Shown piece by piece: positions 1 to 8,934 of a stretch of 64,000 nt of DNA; positions within the stretch are counted from its first letter, which is position 1; each line of letters begins with the position of its first letter. Source of the DNA: Escherichia phage PECP20; sequence record OQ873415.1. One strand, 5' to 3'. Position numbers and translations under genes: made by a program. Below the pieces are notes generated by a model. It searched no databases. It had not been told where the DNA came from and saw nothing but the letters and a program-made list of their open reading frames with translations.

Positions 1-145
1 AGACATGAACTGCTTTAACTTCATTGCCTTCAACGCGTAATGGCTCAATCCAATACTTGATAGTGTTCTCGAATCCATCATCATCTTTAACGTCTATTTC
101 AACTTCAAGCCCGAGCCCAGCATTATTAAATTCATCTAAAGTCAT
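1..145 (-). CDS. Hypothetical protein, N-terminal fragment (gene runs off the window); start overlaps gene 47 stop (ATGA)
   Basis: Minus-strand ATG at 143-145 overlapping the gp47 stop; translation MTLDEFNNAGLGLEVEIDVKDDDGFEN... has no P-loop, so it is not gp46 and is more likely a small 46.x-like ORF. Confidence 0.3.
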   Translation of the reverse strand, partial: MTLDEFNNAGLGLEVEIDVKDDDGFENTIKYWIEPLRVEGNEVKAVHV

Positions 146-1161
146 TGTGTTGCCTCAATATAAAGTTCGTTGGAATATTTGACCAGCGCTTCTCTGTCTT
201 CGTCTGAGATATCTGGAATCGCGTCAATATATTCTTTAATGATATCTTGAAGTGATTTAATCTCGATTTCCTGGTCGTCATCAGATTCAACACTGTTATC
301 AACTTTAGAAACCATACGAAGAGAGTGAACTACTTTTTCAAGTTCAGATTCAAACTTAGTCAACTCTGAATCAATTTCTGATACTATAACACGTACGGCT
401 AGATTAGTATAATCAGAATAATTGATTTTGCCTTTAAATGGATAAGTGATTCGTCGATGCCATGTTGTTTCATTAGGAATAAATTCCATACGTTCAACAT
501 CAGTGTCAAATACCCAGAATCCACGTGGGTCGTTCTCGTCACCTGCAGTAAGGGTCCATGGTGTCCCAATATATTTGACGTTAGCAGCTTCAGAGATTGT
601 GTGGAAGTGGCCGGACCAGACTTGTTTATAGGTCTTTAAGAAATCAGGTTCAAGCCCATGGGACTTCATTCCTTTATAGAAATAAAAGCCGTTCAGTTCC
701 CAGTGACCAACACAATACGCAGCAGAAGAAGTCTTGATGTGCTCTAAGATTTCACCTGTATTTTCTTCACACATCCATGGAACGATATCAATCAGACATC
801 CGTCAAAATCTACAGTAGTTGGATGCTCGTAAATAGTAAAGTTTTCAAATTGAGTTAACAATTCAGAAACAGTGTTAGGTGTTATTGTATTCTTAAACGC
901 CATGTCATGGTTTCCTATCGTGACATGAACGTGAATGCCTGCTTTAGAAATCATATCAACGATTTCACGATTGAATTCCATTGTACGATGTGTTATTGCT
1001 TTACGGACGTCAAACCAATCACCGTACTGAATCCAAGTTTTAATCCCGTGTTTCTTAGAGTATTCAATTGCTTGTCGAATACCATCACGTTGAATATCTT
1101 GAACCCATGGGTCGTCTTGTTTGACTCCGATATGGAAGTCGCCTAAGTGCAAAATTTTCAT
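142..1161 (-). CDS. 47: Recombination endonuclease subunit gp47 (Mre11/SbcD-like calcineurin-type phosphoesterase)
   Basis: 339-aa ORF; N-terminus MKILHLGDFHIG and GNHD metallophosphoesterase motifs; same length as T4 gp47. Confidence 0.9.
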   Translation of the reverse strand: MKILHLGDFHIGVKQDDPWVQDIQRDGIRQAIEYSKKHGIKTWIQYGDWFDVRKAITHRTMEFNREIVDMISKAGIHVHVTIGNHDMAFKNTITPNTVSELLTQFENFTIYEHPTTVDFDGCLIDIVPWMCEENTGEILEHIKTSSAAYCVGHWELNGFYFYKGMKSHGLEPDFLKTYKQVWSGHFHTISEAANVKYIGTPWTLTAGDENDPRGFWVFDTDVERMEFIPNETTWHRRITYPFKGKINYSDYTNLAVRVIVSEIDSELTKFESELEKVVHSLRMVSKVDNSVESDDDQEIEIKSLQDIIKEYIDAIPDISDEDREALVKYSNELYIEATQ

Positions 1162-1204
1162 ATTATTTCCTCATTAGTTAATTCATTCTATCATCCGTTT
1201 ATAA

Positions 1205-1231
1205 AGCAAAAAAGGAACTCCGAAGAGTTCC
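1205..1231 (-). terminator. Intrinsic terminator-like hairpin (GGAACTC-TTCG-GAGTTCC followed by a U-run on the minus strand)
   Basis: Perfect 7-bp stem with 4-nt loop followed by TTTTTTG, read on the minus strand. Confidence 0.5.
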
Positions 1232-1404
1232 TATCCACATAGTACACCGTACAGAGGCTCATTTGAACTTTTAAATCGAATGGGCTTGTACGTAATAGTT
1301 CCTTCGGCTTTAGCTTTATCATAAGACTCTTTAAAACGTCTCATTCTTTCTGCTTTGCCTTTACGGATTTTATCGAAATTTTCAGAAGTCGGGATGTTCG
1401 TCAT
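1231..1404 (-). CDS. Small hypothetical protein (57 aa), not in the ORF track
   Basis: Hand translation MTNIPTSENFDKIRKGKAERMRRFKESYDKAKAEGTITYKPIRFKSSNEPLYGVLCG; GAGGTG upstream; terminator directly after. Confidence 0.35.
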   Translation of the reverse strand: MTNIPTSENFDKIRKGKAERMRRFKESYDKAKAEGTITYKPIRFKSSNEPLYGVLCG

Positions 1405-1443
1405 GCATAAGCACCTCTCAGAAAATACCTAAATCGATTTCTC

Positions 1444-1650
1444 TCATCGTTTCCACCATTTCTTAACTTGAAATGAATCGACCCACACGAGTTGTTTTGG
1501 GTCTGCCTTTACAATAGGCGGACAAATTTCTGTAATAGAACCGTCGTGATATTCCTTTTCAGAAATTTTAACGCAAAGAGGACCACCCAATTTAACGGTG
1601 AACCCTGCGTTCAGCTTCAGACGTTTAAACTTTGTTTGAACTAGCGCCAT
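1444..1650 (-). CDS. Hypothetical protein (~68 aa)
   Basis: ORF track; internal ATG with GAGGA ribosome-binding site; first codon of the track ORF is TTG. Confidence 0.45.
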   Translation of the reverse strand: MALVQTKFKRLKLNAGFTVKLGGPLCVKISEKEYHDGSITEICPPIVKADPKQLVWVDSFQVKKWWKR

Positions 1651-1948
1651 TAATGATGTCCTCAATAGCCTGACGAGTAGTAACCCACTGGATTTTAATT
1701 AACTTGTCATTATACGGTTGTCGTAGAATATCCCGAGATTTCTTAATAGCATATTCGTAAGCTTCGAAGTTGTTTTGAATTGCTGCTTCTTGAGCATGTG
1801 CATAAAGACGGTTTAGTTCAAAACGATTCTTTTTAAGAATCTTTTCGGATTTTTTACGTGCTTCAGCTTCATTTTTCTTTTGGATTTCTTGTAGCATTTT
1901 AGCTACTGCATCTTCTGCTTCTTTATTTTCAATAATCTCGGTAGTCAT
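1625..1948 (-). CDS. Hypothetical protein (107 aa), charged/helical
   Basis: ORF track; packed head-to-tail in the minus-strand operon. Confidence 0.5.
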   Translation of the reverse strand: MTTEIIENKEAEDAVAKMLQEIQKKNEAEARKKSEKILKKNRFELNRLYAHAQEAAIQNNFEAYEYAIKKSRDILRQPYNDKLIKIQWVTTRQAIEDIINGASSNKV

Positions 1949-1949
1949 A

Positions 1950-2165
1950 TTATCTCATTAAATTAAAATAAAAACGTCCATCCTCTTCAATACAGAACTC
2001 GTACTCAACTGGAGTCCCATTTATCGAAAATGACACGTCATGTGGGTTCAAAGGGTCGATGTCAAAATTAATTTTAAATTCACGACCCAACAGTTTTACC
2101 AAATAAGGGATTGCTTCGTCAAAAGGTTCTTCTAAGTAGTTAGAGATGTCAATTGTCATCCTCAT
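1950..2165 (-). CDS. Hypothetical protein (~71 aa)
   Basis: ORF track, start moved to an internal ATG to limit overlap with gene 55. Confidence 0.4.
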   Translation of the reverse strand: MRMTIDISNYLEEPFDEAIPYLVKLLGREFKINFDIDPLNPHDVSFSINGTPVEYEFCIEEDGRFYFNLMR

Positions 2166-2706
2166 ATAAAAAATCCAAACTAGGCGAATCGCTAACAACT
2201 TCCTTCTTTTCAGCCCCAGGAGCTTTATAAGCGGATTCTTCATAATGCGTCATTTTATCGTAGATGTCTTGAATAAACGTTTCATCTACCAACGCTACCA
2301 TATCATCGTCATGACTGTCGTAGACATTATGAACGAAGTAACTATATTTCTTTGCAACTTCCTTACGTTCTTTTTTGATACGTTGGACAAAAGCATTAAA
2401 ACAAGCTCGAGTTATGTATGCATGTGGGTTATTGTACTTAGTTTCGTCGAAATTATGAAGTCCCTTAATAGAGGCTTCAATCCCATCTGCAATCATCTCC
2501 TGCTTCCAAGACTGGGTATATCCTGAAAAGTTGAAACGTTTGGACAGGCCTTCGGCGATAAGCATAATTGCTAAACCGATGGTATCATTCTGACGAATAA
2601 TTTTGTTTGGGTCTTTATTATTTAAGAGCTCCTTTTTCCACTCGATTATAGCAGCGAGAAGCTCTTTATTATTCACATAGTTATTTTTAGGTTTTTGTTC
2701 AGTCAT
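2149..2706 (-). CDS. 55: Late-transcription sigma factor gp55
   Basis: Translation ...[79 protein letters not shown]... is near-identical to T4 gp55 as I remember it; start placed at the internal ATG (185 aa). Confidence 0.9.
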   Translation of the reverse strand: MTEQKPKNNYVNNKELLAAIIEWKKELLNNKDPNKIIRQNDTIGLAIMLIAEGLSKRFNFSGYTQSWKQEMIADGIEASIKGLHNFDETKYNNPHAYITRACFNAFVQRIKKERKEVAKKYSYFVHNVYDSHDDDMVALVDETFIQDIYDKMTHYEESAYKAPGAEKKEVVSDSPSLDFLYEDDN

Positions 2707-2778
2707 AAGTACCTCTTGGCTCAATTCATAGGTCTATTATATCATAATATTTAGAGACCTATCTTAAAGCACGAGATA

Positions 2779-3048
2779 CTATCGGAGCAAACAATAAGCC
2801 TGAAACACTTTTTCCATTAAACGTTTGAACTCATGGATATCGATATAAAGCTCAGTAAGACCGGCATTATAAAGAAAATCTAAAAAGTTCTCATGTGTTT
2901 CGTTATAGTCGCCTTCGTTTAATTGAGATACATGAGTTTCCCAAAAACCGACACCTTTAACAAATGGAAAATACGTAACTTTCATAAAGTTGTCGACGTA
3001 AAATTCGCCCAGCTTTTCTTCAGTTATACTGATTCGAGTTAATTTCAT
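2779..3048 (-). CDS. Hypothetical protein (89 aa)
   Basis: ORF track; ATGA overlap with neighbour. Confidence 0.5.
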   Translation of the reverse strand: MKLTRISITEEKLGEFYVDNFMKVTYFPFVKGVGFWETHVSQLNEGDYNETHENFLDFLYNAGLTELYIDIHEFKRLMEKVFQAYCLLR

Positions 3049-3272
3049 TCTAGTTCCTTTGCTGCAAATAAGGCAGCATCCAATGAATCAAATTGGTCAA
3101 CGAAATCAATATTCAACGCATCGTCAACCGTAGCATATAGCCACCATTGTTTGAATTCGTATTCTAGAATAAATCCAGGACCTTCGATCTGAGGAAGACC
3201 TAGACTATTTGTACCAACTTCGTAACCAGCTAGACGCAGGTCATTAATCAAAGTTTCTGTTAATACGCTCAT
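3045..3272 (-). CDS. Hypothetical protein (75 aa)
   Basis: ORF track. Confidence 0.5.
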   Translation of the reverse strand: MSVLTETLINDLRLAGYEVGTNSLGLPQIEGPGFILEYEFKQWWLYATVDDALNIDFVDQFDSLDAALFAAKELE

Positions 3273-3601
3273 TTTACCGCCTTAACAATTTTAAGGTCAA
3301 CGAATTTTTTCTTACGTTGATTTTTCATACGACGGATAGTCTTTTCAGAGATTTCATGTTTCTGATAAGCTTTAGATTCAACACCAAATGCAGCAACGTC
3401 AAATTCAGAAAGAATATATTGTACTAGAATTTCACGAATAGAATTACGTCCAATTTTCTGGTCGTGTTTTTGCATGATTTCATAAAGACGGAATTCCCAC
3501 GCGTCAAGAACTTGAGGAGTAACAATATTGCCGGATTCCAGAAGAGCAACAACTTTATCGAAAGCGAAAGAATTAACTACGTTTTTGATTTTAGTAGACA
3601 T
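3269..3601 (-). CDS. Hypothetical protein (~110 aa)
   Basis: ORF track; internal ATG preceded by GAGGAAAATAAT. Confidence 0.5.
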   Translation of the reverse strand: MSTKIKNVVNSFAFDKVVALLESGNIVTPQVLDAWEFRLYEIMQKHDQKIGRNSIREILVQYILSEFDVAAFGVESKAYQKHEISEKTIRRMKNQRKKKFVDLKIVKAVK

Positions 3602-3638
3602 ATTATTTTCCTCGGTTATTTTATTATCCAACGAGAGA

Positions 3639-3667
3639 ATTATACTCATCTCTCAAGAGTTTGTATA
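3639..3667 (-). promoter_or_regulatory. T4-type early promoter (-35 TATACA, 17 nt, -10 TATAAT) with the -10 inside a GAGAGA/TCTCTC inverted repeat
   Basis: Read on the minus strand; the ~50-nt element recurs at 33090-33140. Confidence 0.5.
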
Positions 3668-3907
3668 TTATTTTTTAAGCATGAAAAGTAAGTAATTTGT
3701 ATCACGTGGAGTAATATCAACACCCATATCAAAGATGCCTTTATAGATTGGGTATTTGTTTTCGGTTGTATCGAAGCTGAAACTATTTCCATCACAACTA
3801 ACAGTAATAGCATCTGTTAAAATGTCATACTCAATCCTAACAATTGAATTCCCAATTTTAACGTCGAGGTGTTTTTTGAATTTGATAAAATCTAATTCTT
3901 GGGCCAT
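3668..3907 (-). CDS. Hypothetical protein (79 aa)
   Basis: ORF track; GAGGAAAATATC ribosome-binding site upstream. Confidence 0.5.
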   Translation of the reverse strand: MAQELDFIKFKKHLDVKIGNSIVRIEYDILTDAITVSCDGNSFSFDTTENKYPIYKGIFDMGVDITPRDTNYLLFMLKK

Positions 3908-3970
3908 GATATTTTCCTCATTTTAAGACGATAGAAAGATAATAACATGTCTTCCTATCGTTGTACATTA

Positions 3971-4171
3971 TTAACCGAACTTTTTAGCGCCTTTCCAGCC
4001 TTCGTACATAGCTGCACAAGTCAATAGTACAGCGTGCTGGCATTCTTTGTATTTGTAAATCCAGAACCAGCGTAAGAAGTCTTCATCCTCAACGCCGTTG
4101 AGTTTCATATTGGCAAAGAATTCGGCACGTTCTTCACGAAGCTTTTGCGATAACATAGATTCAGGATTCAT
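3971..4171 (-). CDS. Hypothetical protein (~66 aa)
   Basis: ORF track; start set to the first ATG (track start is GTG). Confidence 0.4.
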   Translation of the reverse strand: MNPESMLSQKLREERAEFFANMKLNGVEDEDFLRWFWIYKYKECQHAVLLTCAAMYEGWKGAKKFG

Positions 4172-4302
4172 TTTGTATTCCACGCCCCATTTTCATCGAT
4201 GAACTTAATCCAGTCATTTACAGACCATTTAGTTGTATCACCCTTTGGATTAACATTTAAAGTATATAATCCTTGCTTAAAAAGCATTCGTTTAATATTC
4301 AT
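4168..4302 (-). CDS. Small hypothetical protein (~44 aa)
   Basis: Internal ATG of track ORF 4168..4395 with GAGGAA ribosome-binding site; the upstream part of the track ORF overlaps the next gene. Confidence 0.3.
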   Translation of the reverse strand: MNIKRMLFKQGLYTLNVNPKGDTTKWSVNDWIKFIDENGAWNTK

Positions 4303-4309
4303 AATTTCC

Positions 4310-4603
4310 TCAACTGTAACGATAACATTCGTTAGCTTTACGTTTGGCTTCAGTATGAGAAGTATTATAATCATACTCTTCTTTACTGTAAACATCTTTT
4401 TTCAACTTACGAACCTCTTTGCGGAGTTGTCGATTCATTTCATTCTTGACTTCAGAATCAACACCTTTCATACGTTTCCATTTATCTGAGCGGAAGATGT
4501 TTTCAACCATGTCTTTGTGGCTAACACCGTCAGGAGCTTTACGCTTACCAAAATAGTCGTAATCGCGAACTTTCAAATCTTTACGACGATATGTTTTACC
4601 CAT
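4310..4603 (-). CDS. Hypothetical basic (Lys/Arg-rich) protein (~97 aa)
   Basis: ORF track; internal ATG with GAGGT ribosome-binding site. Confidence 0.45.
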   Translation of the reverse strand: MGKTYRRKDLKVRDYDYFGKRKAPDGVSHKDMVENIFRSDKWKRMKGVDSEVKNEMNRQLRKEVRKLKKDVYSKEEYDYNTSHTEAKRKANECYRYS

Positions 4604-4610
4604 AAGTACC

Positions 4611-4859
4611 TCAGAGGTTGATTGATACAATGCGTTTGATAAAATTCACTTCACTTACTGAAAGGTCTTTAAGACCGATTGATTCTAAACGCTGAGTAAG
4701 CGTCAACATTGGGATATAGTCCCATTGAGTTTTAGACATTTGATAAGTACGAACGCCATTAGCAATTTCAACATGCAAATCTGAAATGGTAACGAATACC
4801 GGTCGCTCATCATTAACTTTAAGGGTTAGAACAACTTTCTTTGAATCTAAACTAATCAT
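4611..4859 (-). CDS. Hypothetical protein (82 aa)
   Basis: ORF track. Confidence 0.45.
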   Translation of the reverse strand: MISLDSKKVVLTLKVNDERPVFVTISDLHVEIANGVRTYQMSKTQWDYIPMLTLTQRLESIGLKDLSVSEVNFIKRIVSINL

Positions 4860-5038
4860 AGTTTAATTTCCTTCGCAATTGAACAGAAGATACTACGGTC
4901 ACAAAGCATTTCACCAATTTCTGGATATTTGATTGAACGGTACCAAACATCCAGGCTTGAAACTCTGGTTATCTGTACTGCATTACCGTTGACAGAATAG
5001 TACTGGTCAACCTTAATTTCTTTATCTTCAATTGTCAT
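4856..5038 (-). CDS. Hypothetical protein (~60 aa)
   Basis: Internal ATG with AGAGGAAAACAAA ribosome-binding site; track start is TTG. Confidence 0.4.
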   Translation of the reverse strand: MTIEDKEIKVDQYYSVNGNAVQITRVSSLDVWYRSIKYPEIGEMLCDRSIFCSIAKEIKL

Positions 5039-5066
5039 TTTGTTTTCCTCTATAGCAGATGGTTTA

Positions 5067-5095
5067 ATCTTAACACATCTATCGAGGATGTAAAC
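5067..5095 (-). promoter_or_regulatory. T4-type early promoter candidate (-35 GTTTAC, -10 TAAGAT)
   Basis: Minus-strand GTTTAC followed 17 nt later by a TAAGAT hexamer. Confidence 0.35.
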
Positions 5096-5175
5096 TGTTT
5101 TATGAAAAATATTTTTGATTTGAGAGGGGCGCAAGGAGATAGTGAAGTGAAGATTCCAATGGATTATATTAGAAA

Positions 5176-5207
5176 TAGGATAAAGAAGACCAGGCGCCGC
5201 CTGGTCA
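5176..5207 (-). terminator. Intrinsic terminator-like hairpin (GACCAGGCG-CCG-CCTGGTC) at the stop of the redoxin gene
   Basis: Palindrome followed by a T-rich tract on the minus strand. Confidence 0.45.
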
Positions 5208-5528
5208 ATCTTCTATGATATCAGAGTCATATCCTAATGAAATCAAGGACTTTTTAAACTCTGCAATATTCTTTTGTTTCTTATCATTTAAAAATATGAC
5301 AGGATAACGAATATTAAGTGAAGTGAATCCTGCACGTTTAGCAAGAGATACGATTAAAGGACGGTCGTATTCAATCTTACCATTATTAGTGAGGACTTTA
5401 TAAAATGTATAAGGAACATTGAGCTCCTTTAAAAGTTTTGTAACAGTATAACATCCTGGACAACGTCCAACTTCTTCAGGGATGCCATAAATTTCAATCT
5501 TGTTCTTTAAGTTCGAGTTTTGTTCCAC
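5205..5528 (-). CDS. Glutaredoxin/NrdH-like small redoxin (CPGC active site)
   Basis: Motif ...KIEIYGIPEEVGRCPGCYTVTKLL... typical of the thioredoxin-fold N-terminus; no in-frame ATG near the domain start; GTG at 5526-5528 with AAGGAA upstream proposed as start. Confidence 0.5.
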   Translation of the reverse strand: MEQNSNLKNKIEIYGIPEEVGRCPGCYTVTKLLKELNVPYTFYKVLTNNGKIEYDRPLIVSLAKRAGFTSLNIRYPVIFLNDKKQKNIAEFKKSLISLGYDSDIIED

Positions 5529-5811
5529 GAGAAATAATTCCTTGATAAGCCCAATAAGGAGGATTAACAGAATCATCACCAGAGTTTTCTTCAGGAAAAT
5601 AAACCTGGATAACAAATCCAGATGCATCAAATGTAAAATAAACTGTAGGCAGTTCACCTAACAATTCGACACGAGCATTAATTTCTTCGAGATCTCGTTC
5701 GCGTCCAGCCCAAAAACTAGGATTTAGATTACATTCGTAAAAATAATAGTCATTACCGAACATATCAAACCCATTCCAACTCTCTACCACGTACCGCTCA
5801 AAACTAATCAT
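5494..5811 (-). CDS. Hypothetical protein (105 aa)
   Basis: ORF track; 3' end overlaps the redoxin gene in another frame. Confidence 0.45.
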   Translation of the reverse strand: MISFERYVVESWNGFDMFGNDYYFYECNLNPSFWAGRERDLEEINARVELLGELPTVYFTFDASGFVIQVYFPEENSGDDSVNPPYWAYQGIISRGTKLELKEQD

Positions 5812-5813
5812 AA

Positions 5814-6029
5814 TTAAGCCTTTTTATCAAGAACAGCATTCAGCTTGTTAGTAATTTTATCCAGACGCTCATTGAACTCACTAGAAGATAAGCCCTTTTC
5901 TGGAGAAATTAAACTAATCACGAAAAATACACCAGTAAAAGGAATAAGAAAAATAGCTCCAACTGCCATAAACAAAAAGAACGTTACAGTTGTAAGAAAA
6001 TCAGCTAAACCTTTACGAAATTTATACAT
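5814..6029 (-). CDS. Small membrane protein (71 aa, one predicted transmembrane helix)
   Basis: Hydrophobic stretch TVTFFLFMAVGAIFLIPFTGVFFVISLI. Confidence 0.5.
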   Translation of the reverse strand: MYKFRKGLADFLTTVTFFLFMAVGAIFLIPFTGVFFVISLISPEKGLSSSEFNERLDKITNKLNAVLDKKA

Positions 6030-6140
6030 ATTTACCCCTAATTAATTAACCAAGCATTGATAAGCAAACCATATTGCGAATAAAATTCTGGACCAAAATG
6101 AAAAATCATATCATTTATAGTATCCATAATGTAATTCAAT

Positions 6141-6611
6141 TTAATCATGTTTCCACACCCCATCGGTATTTGACCAAAGTCGCTGATTATCTGATCCTCG
6201 CCACAGCTTTTTGGTCGGAAGATTTTTCTCATACTTCCCATCAATAATAACATCAACATATTTAAGCATTTCTAGCTGTTTAATATCTTCAAACTTATAT
6301 CCTGTCCACAACCAAATGCTTTTATTGGGATAAAGATTTTTAATAGTTTGAACTACAGAGTGAATAACATCTCGGTTATCAGGATAGAGAGGGTCTCCTC
6401 CGGTTATAGTCAATCCTTCTATATAATCATTATTCAAACATTCAATTAATTGTTCTAGTGTTTCACCAGTGAATGGAATACCATTTCTAGCATTCCATGT
6501 TGATTTATTATAACACCCTTCGCATTTATGCAAACAACCTGTAACGAAAAGAACGACCCTGCAACCAGGGCCATTAACAAAATCGCAAGGATAAAATCTA
6601 TCATAATTCAT
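6141..6611 (-). CDS. nrdG: Anaerobic ribonucleotide reductase activating protein NrdG (radical SAM)
   Basis: N-terminal CLHKCEGC cluster (CxxxCxxC); 156 aa; directly downstream of nrdD. Confidence 0.9.
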   Translation of the reverse strand: MNYDRFYPCDFVNGPGCRVVLFVTGCLHKCEGCYNKSTWNARNGIPFTGETLEQLIECLNNDYIEGLTITGGDPLYPDNRDVIHSVVQTIKNLYPNKSIWLWTGYKFEDIKQLEMLKYVDVIIDGKYEKNLPTKKLWRGSDNQRLWSNTDGVWKHD

Positions 6612-8425
6612 TGGTGTTTAACCCTATGCATGATTTCTTTATTTTTACCGAGATTAAATCCGCGTTCGTTCGGATTTCCCAAATAACCGCATGTCCTTCT
6701 TATAGTGTTCATCTTTTTAGGATCAGTTTCTCCACAAACTGAACAAACAAATCCGTTTTCAGTAGGAGTCATTTCATGAGTACTTCCACACGTAAAACAT
6801 TTATCTACTGGCATATTAACACCAAAATAATCTAAATGTTGTGCAGCATAATCCCACACGGCCTCAAGACCTTTTAGGTTATTTTTCATATCAGGAAGTT
6901 CAACATAAGAAATGTGACCACCTGTCGCAATGAAATGATATGGCGCTTCACGAGAAATCTTTTCAAACGGAGTAATATTTTCTTCTACTGAAACGTGGAA
7001 ACTATTAGTGTACCAGCCTTTATCGGTAACATCTTTTACGCTTCCATATTTTTCTGTATCAAGTTTACAGAAACGATAACACAAGTTTTCAGCAGGAGTA
7101 GAATATAAACTAAAAGCAAATCCAGTTCTTTCGGTCCACTGTTTAAGATGAGCATTCATTTTAGTTAAAATTTCTTGCCCAATATCACGACCGACAAGAA
7201 TATTCAATTCGTGAATACCAATGTATCCCAAAGACACTGAACTTCTACCGTTTTTAAATAACTCAATTATATCGTCGTCAGGTTTAAGACGAACCCCAAA
7301 TGCACCTTCTTGGTAAAGAATAGGAGCAACAGTCGCTTTAACTCCTTTTAAGGAACTAATTCTACACATCAAGGCTTCAAAGCACAGATCCATTCGTTCA
7401 TTAAATAACTCAACAAATTTCTGTTCATTGAACTGTGTTCCAATATAAGAATCTAACGCGATGCGAGGAAGATTCAGTGTTACAACACCGAGATTATTAC
7501 GTCCATCAAGAATTTCATTACCAGTCGAATCTTTCCATACACTCAAGAAACTACGGCAACCCATTGGAGAAACTGGAACTGAAGAACCAGTAATAGCTTT
7601 ATTATTCTTAACCGAAATAATGTCAGGATACATTCTTTTGCTTGCACATTCTAACGCAAGTTGTTTAATATCATAGTTCGGATCATCTTTATAAAGATTA
7701 ACACCTTCTTCAACAAACATAACAAGTTTAGGAAAAATAGGAGTTATTCCATCACGACCAAGACCTTTAATCCGATTTTTCAGAATTGCTTTCTGAATCA
7801 TTCGTTCGGTCCAATCAGTTCCAGTACCAAATGTAATTGTTACAAAAGGCGTTTGCCCGTTTGAACTAAAAAGAGTATTTACCTCATACTCATAAGCTTG
7901 AAATGCGTCATATACATCTTTTTCTGTTTTAGATTGAGCATAATTCAGAATGTCTGGTATTTGCCATTTTTCTGCATCTTCAACATGTTTAGCGTATGTA
8001 CGTTTAACATAAGGAGAAAGAACTTTATCGACATTCGCAAATGTAGTTCCGCCGTACTGATGTGAAGCAACTTGTGCAGTAATTTGTGCCATAATTGCAG
8101 TAGCAACACCAATCGATTTAGGCGTTTCAATTTGAGCATTGCCCAATTTAAATCCGTTCTCAAGCATCCCCTTTAAATCGACTAAACAGCAATTGGTAAA
8201 CGGAAGAGCAGGAGAATAATCAATATCATGCATGTGGATAATTCCACTTTCATGCGCATTCATAATAAAAGACGGGACCATATTTTTGGCAATGTGCTTA
8301 GACACAATACCAGCCATAAGGTCCCGTTGAGTTGGAAAAACACGAGAATCTTTATTAGCATTCTCGTTCAAAAGATCTTTATTAGTTTTATAAATTAATC
8401 CTTCAATTTCTTTTTCAATTTTCAT
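6608..8425 (-). CDS. nrdD: Anaerobic ribonucleoside-triphosphate reductase NrdD (glycyl radical enzyme), uninterrupted
   Basis: 605 aa; C-terminal glycyl-radical motif RRTCGYLG and Zn-ribbon cysteines; same length as T4 NrdD; one continuous ORF, no intron. Confidence 0.95.
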   Translation of the reverse strand: MKIEKEIEGLIYKTNKDLLNENANKDSRVFPTQRDLMAGIVSKHIAKNMVPSFIMNAHESGIIHMHDIDYSPALPFTNCCLVDLKGMLENGFKLGNAQIETPKSIGVATAIMAQITAQVASHQYGGTTFANVDKVLSPYVKRTYAKHVEDAEKWQIPDILNYAQSKTEKDVYDAFQAYEYEVNTLFSSNGQTPFVTITFGTGTDWTERMIQKAILKNRIKGLGRDGITPIFPKLVMFVEEGVNLYKDDPNYDIKQLALECASKRMYPDIISVKNNKAITGSSVPVSPMGCRSFLSVWKDSTGNEILDGRNNLGVVTLNLPRIALDSYIGTQFNEQKFVELFNERMDLCFEALMCRISSLKGVKATVAPILYQEGAFGVRLKPDDDIIELFKNGRSSVSLGYIGIHELNILVGRDIGQEILTKMNAHLKQWTERTGFAFSLYSTPAENLCYRFCKLDTEKYGSVKDVTDKGWYTNSFHVSVEENITPFEKISREAPYHFIATGGHISYVELPDMKNNLKGLEAVWDYAAQHLDYFGVNMPVDKCFTCGSTHEMTPTENGFVCSVCGETDPKKMNTIRRTCGYLGNPNERGFNLGKNKEIMHRVKHQ

Positions 8426-8895
8426 TTTAAACTCTTTCTAAGCTGCTTTTTGAATGAAGCTATTAATTGTGTTTTAGTATCAGATTCATTATATTCAAAT
8501 CCTCTTTGAAGCATCTCAGTCATCATTTCCTCTTTACCTAGTCTTGAGAACTCTTTAGTTTTGTCTGGAACAAAATTAGGATGGATATTATTATCAGAAT
8601 AATCTTGTTTCAAATAAGCAAGAAGAGCTTCAAGCCATTCGAGGTAGTCGACATCACGACCTTTAAGACCAGAACGGTTGAACTTATGCTTCATTTGGCC
8701 TTCTGCTGCGTTGCACAGATTACAGAGTAATCCACGAACTCTACCGGCTTTTGGCCCGTTTAACTCGTGGTCGTGGTCAAGATGGTTACCTTGAACATCA
8801 GGGTCTAATTCACGGTGGCAAATAGGACACTTACCGTTCTGTGCATCATAAAATTTTTGTTTTTCTTCTTTATATTTTGCGCCTGATAATAACAT
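8422..8895 (-). CDS. 49: Endonuclease VII gp49 (Holliday-junction resolvase)
   Basis: 157 aa; N-terminus MLLSGAKYKEEKQKFYDAQNGKCPICHREL... matches T4 endo VII as I remember it. Confidence 0.9.
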   Translation of the reverse strand: MLLSGAKYKEEKQKFYDAQNGKCPICHRELDPDVQGNHLDHDHELNGPKAGRVRGLLCNLCNAAEGQMKHKFNRSGLKGRDVDYLEWLEALLAYLKQDYSDNNIHPNFVPDKTKEFSRLGKEEMMTEMLQRGFEYNESDTKTQLIASFKKQLRKSLK

Positions 8896-8924
8896 GATAA
8901 ACCCTTACCTTAAATAGATAAGGG

Positions 8925-8932
8925 TATTTATA
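8925..8932 (-). promoter_or_regulatory. T4 late promoter (TATAAATA) upstream of gene 49
   Basis: Exact TATAAATA on the minus strand about 30 nt upstream of the gp49 ATG. Confidence 0.6.
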
Positions 8933-8934
8933 AT

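Noticed and set aside
1-145. Partial ORF downstream of gene 47 considered as the start of gp46 (Rad50/SbcC-like ATPase)
   Set aside because: The 48 translated residues contain no Walker A motif, which gp46 has near its N-terminus. T4 also has small 46.x ORFs between 47 and 46, so it is called a hypothetical fragment instead.
2736-2775. MotA-dependent middle promoter upstream of gene 55 (TGCTTTA box plus TATAAT)
   Set aside because: The spacing between the MotA-box-like sequence and the best -10 hexamer (23 nt) does not fit the usual 11-13 nt; noted but not annotated.
6038-6259. 73-aa minus-strand ORF overlapping the 3' end of nrdG
   Set aside because: It is out of frame within nrdG, with no ribosome-binding site; a frame artefact.
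6608-8425. Possible group I intron or homing endonuclease in nrdD, as in T4
   Set aside because: nrdD is a single uninterrupted 605-aa ORF and no endonuclease-like ORF is adjacent.
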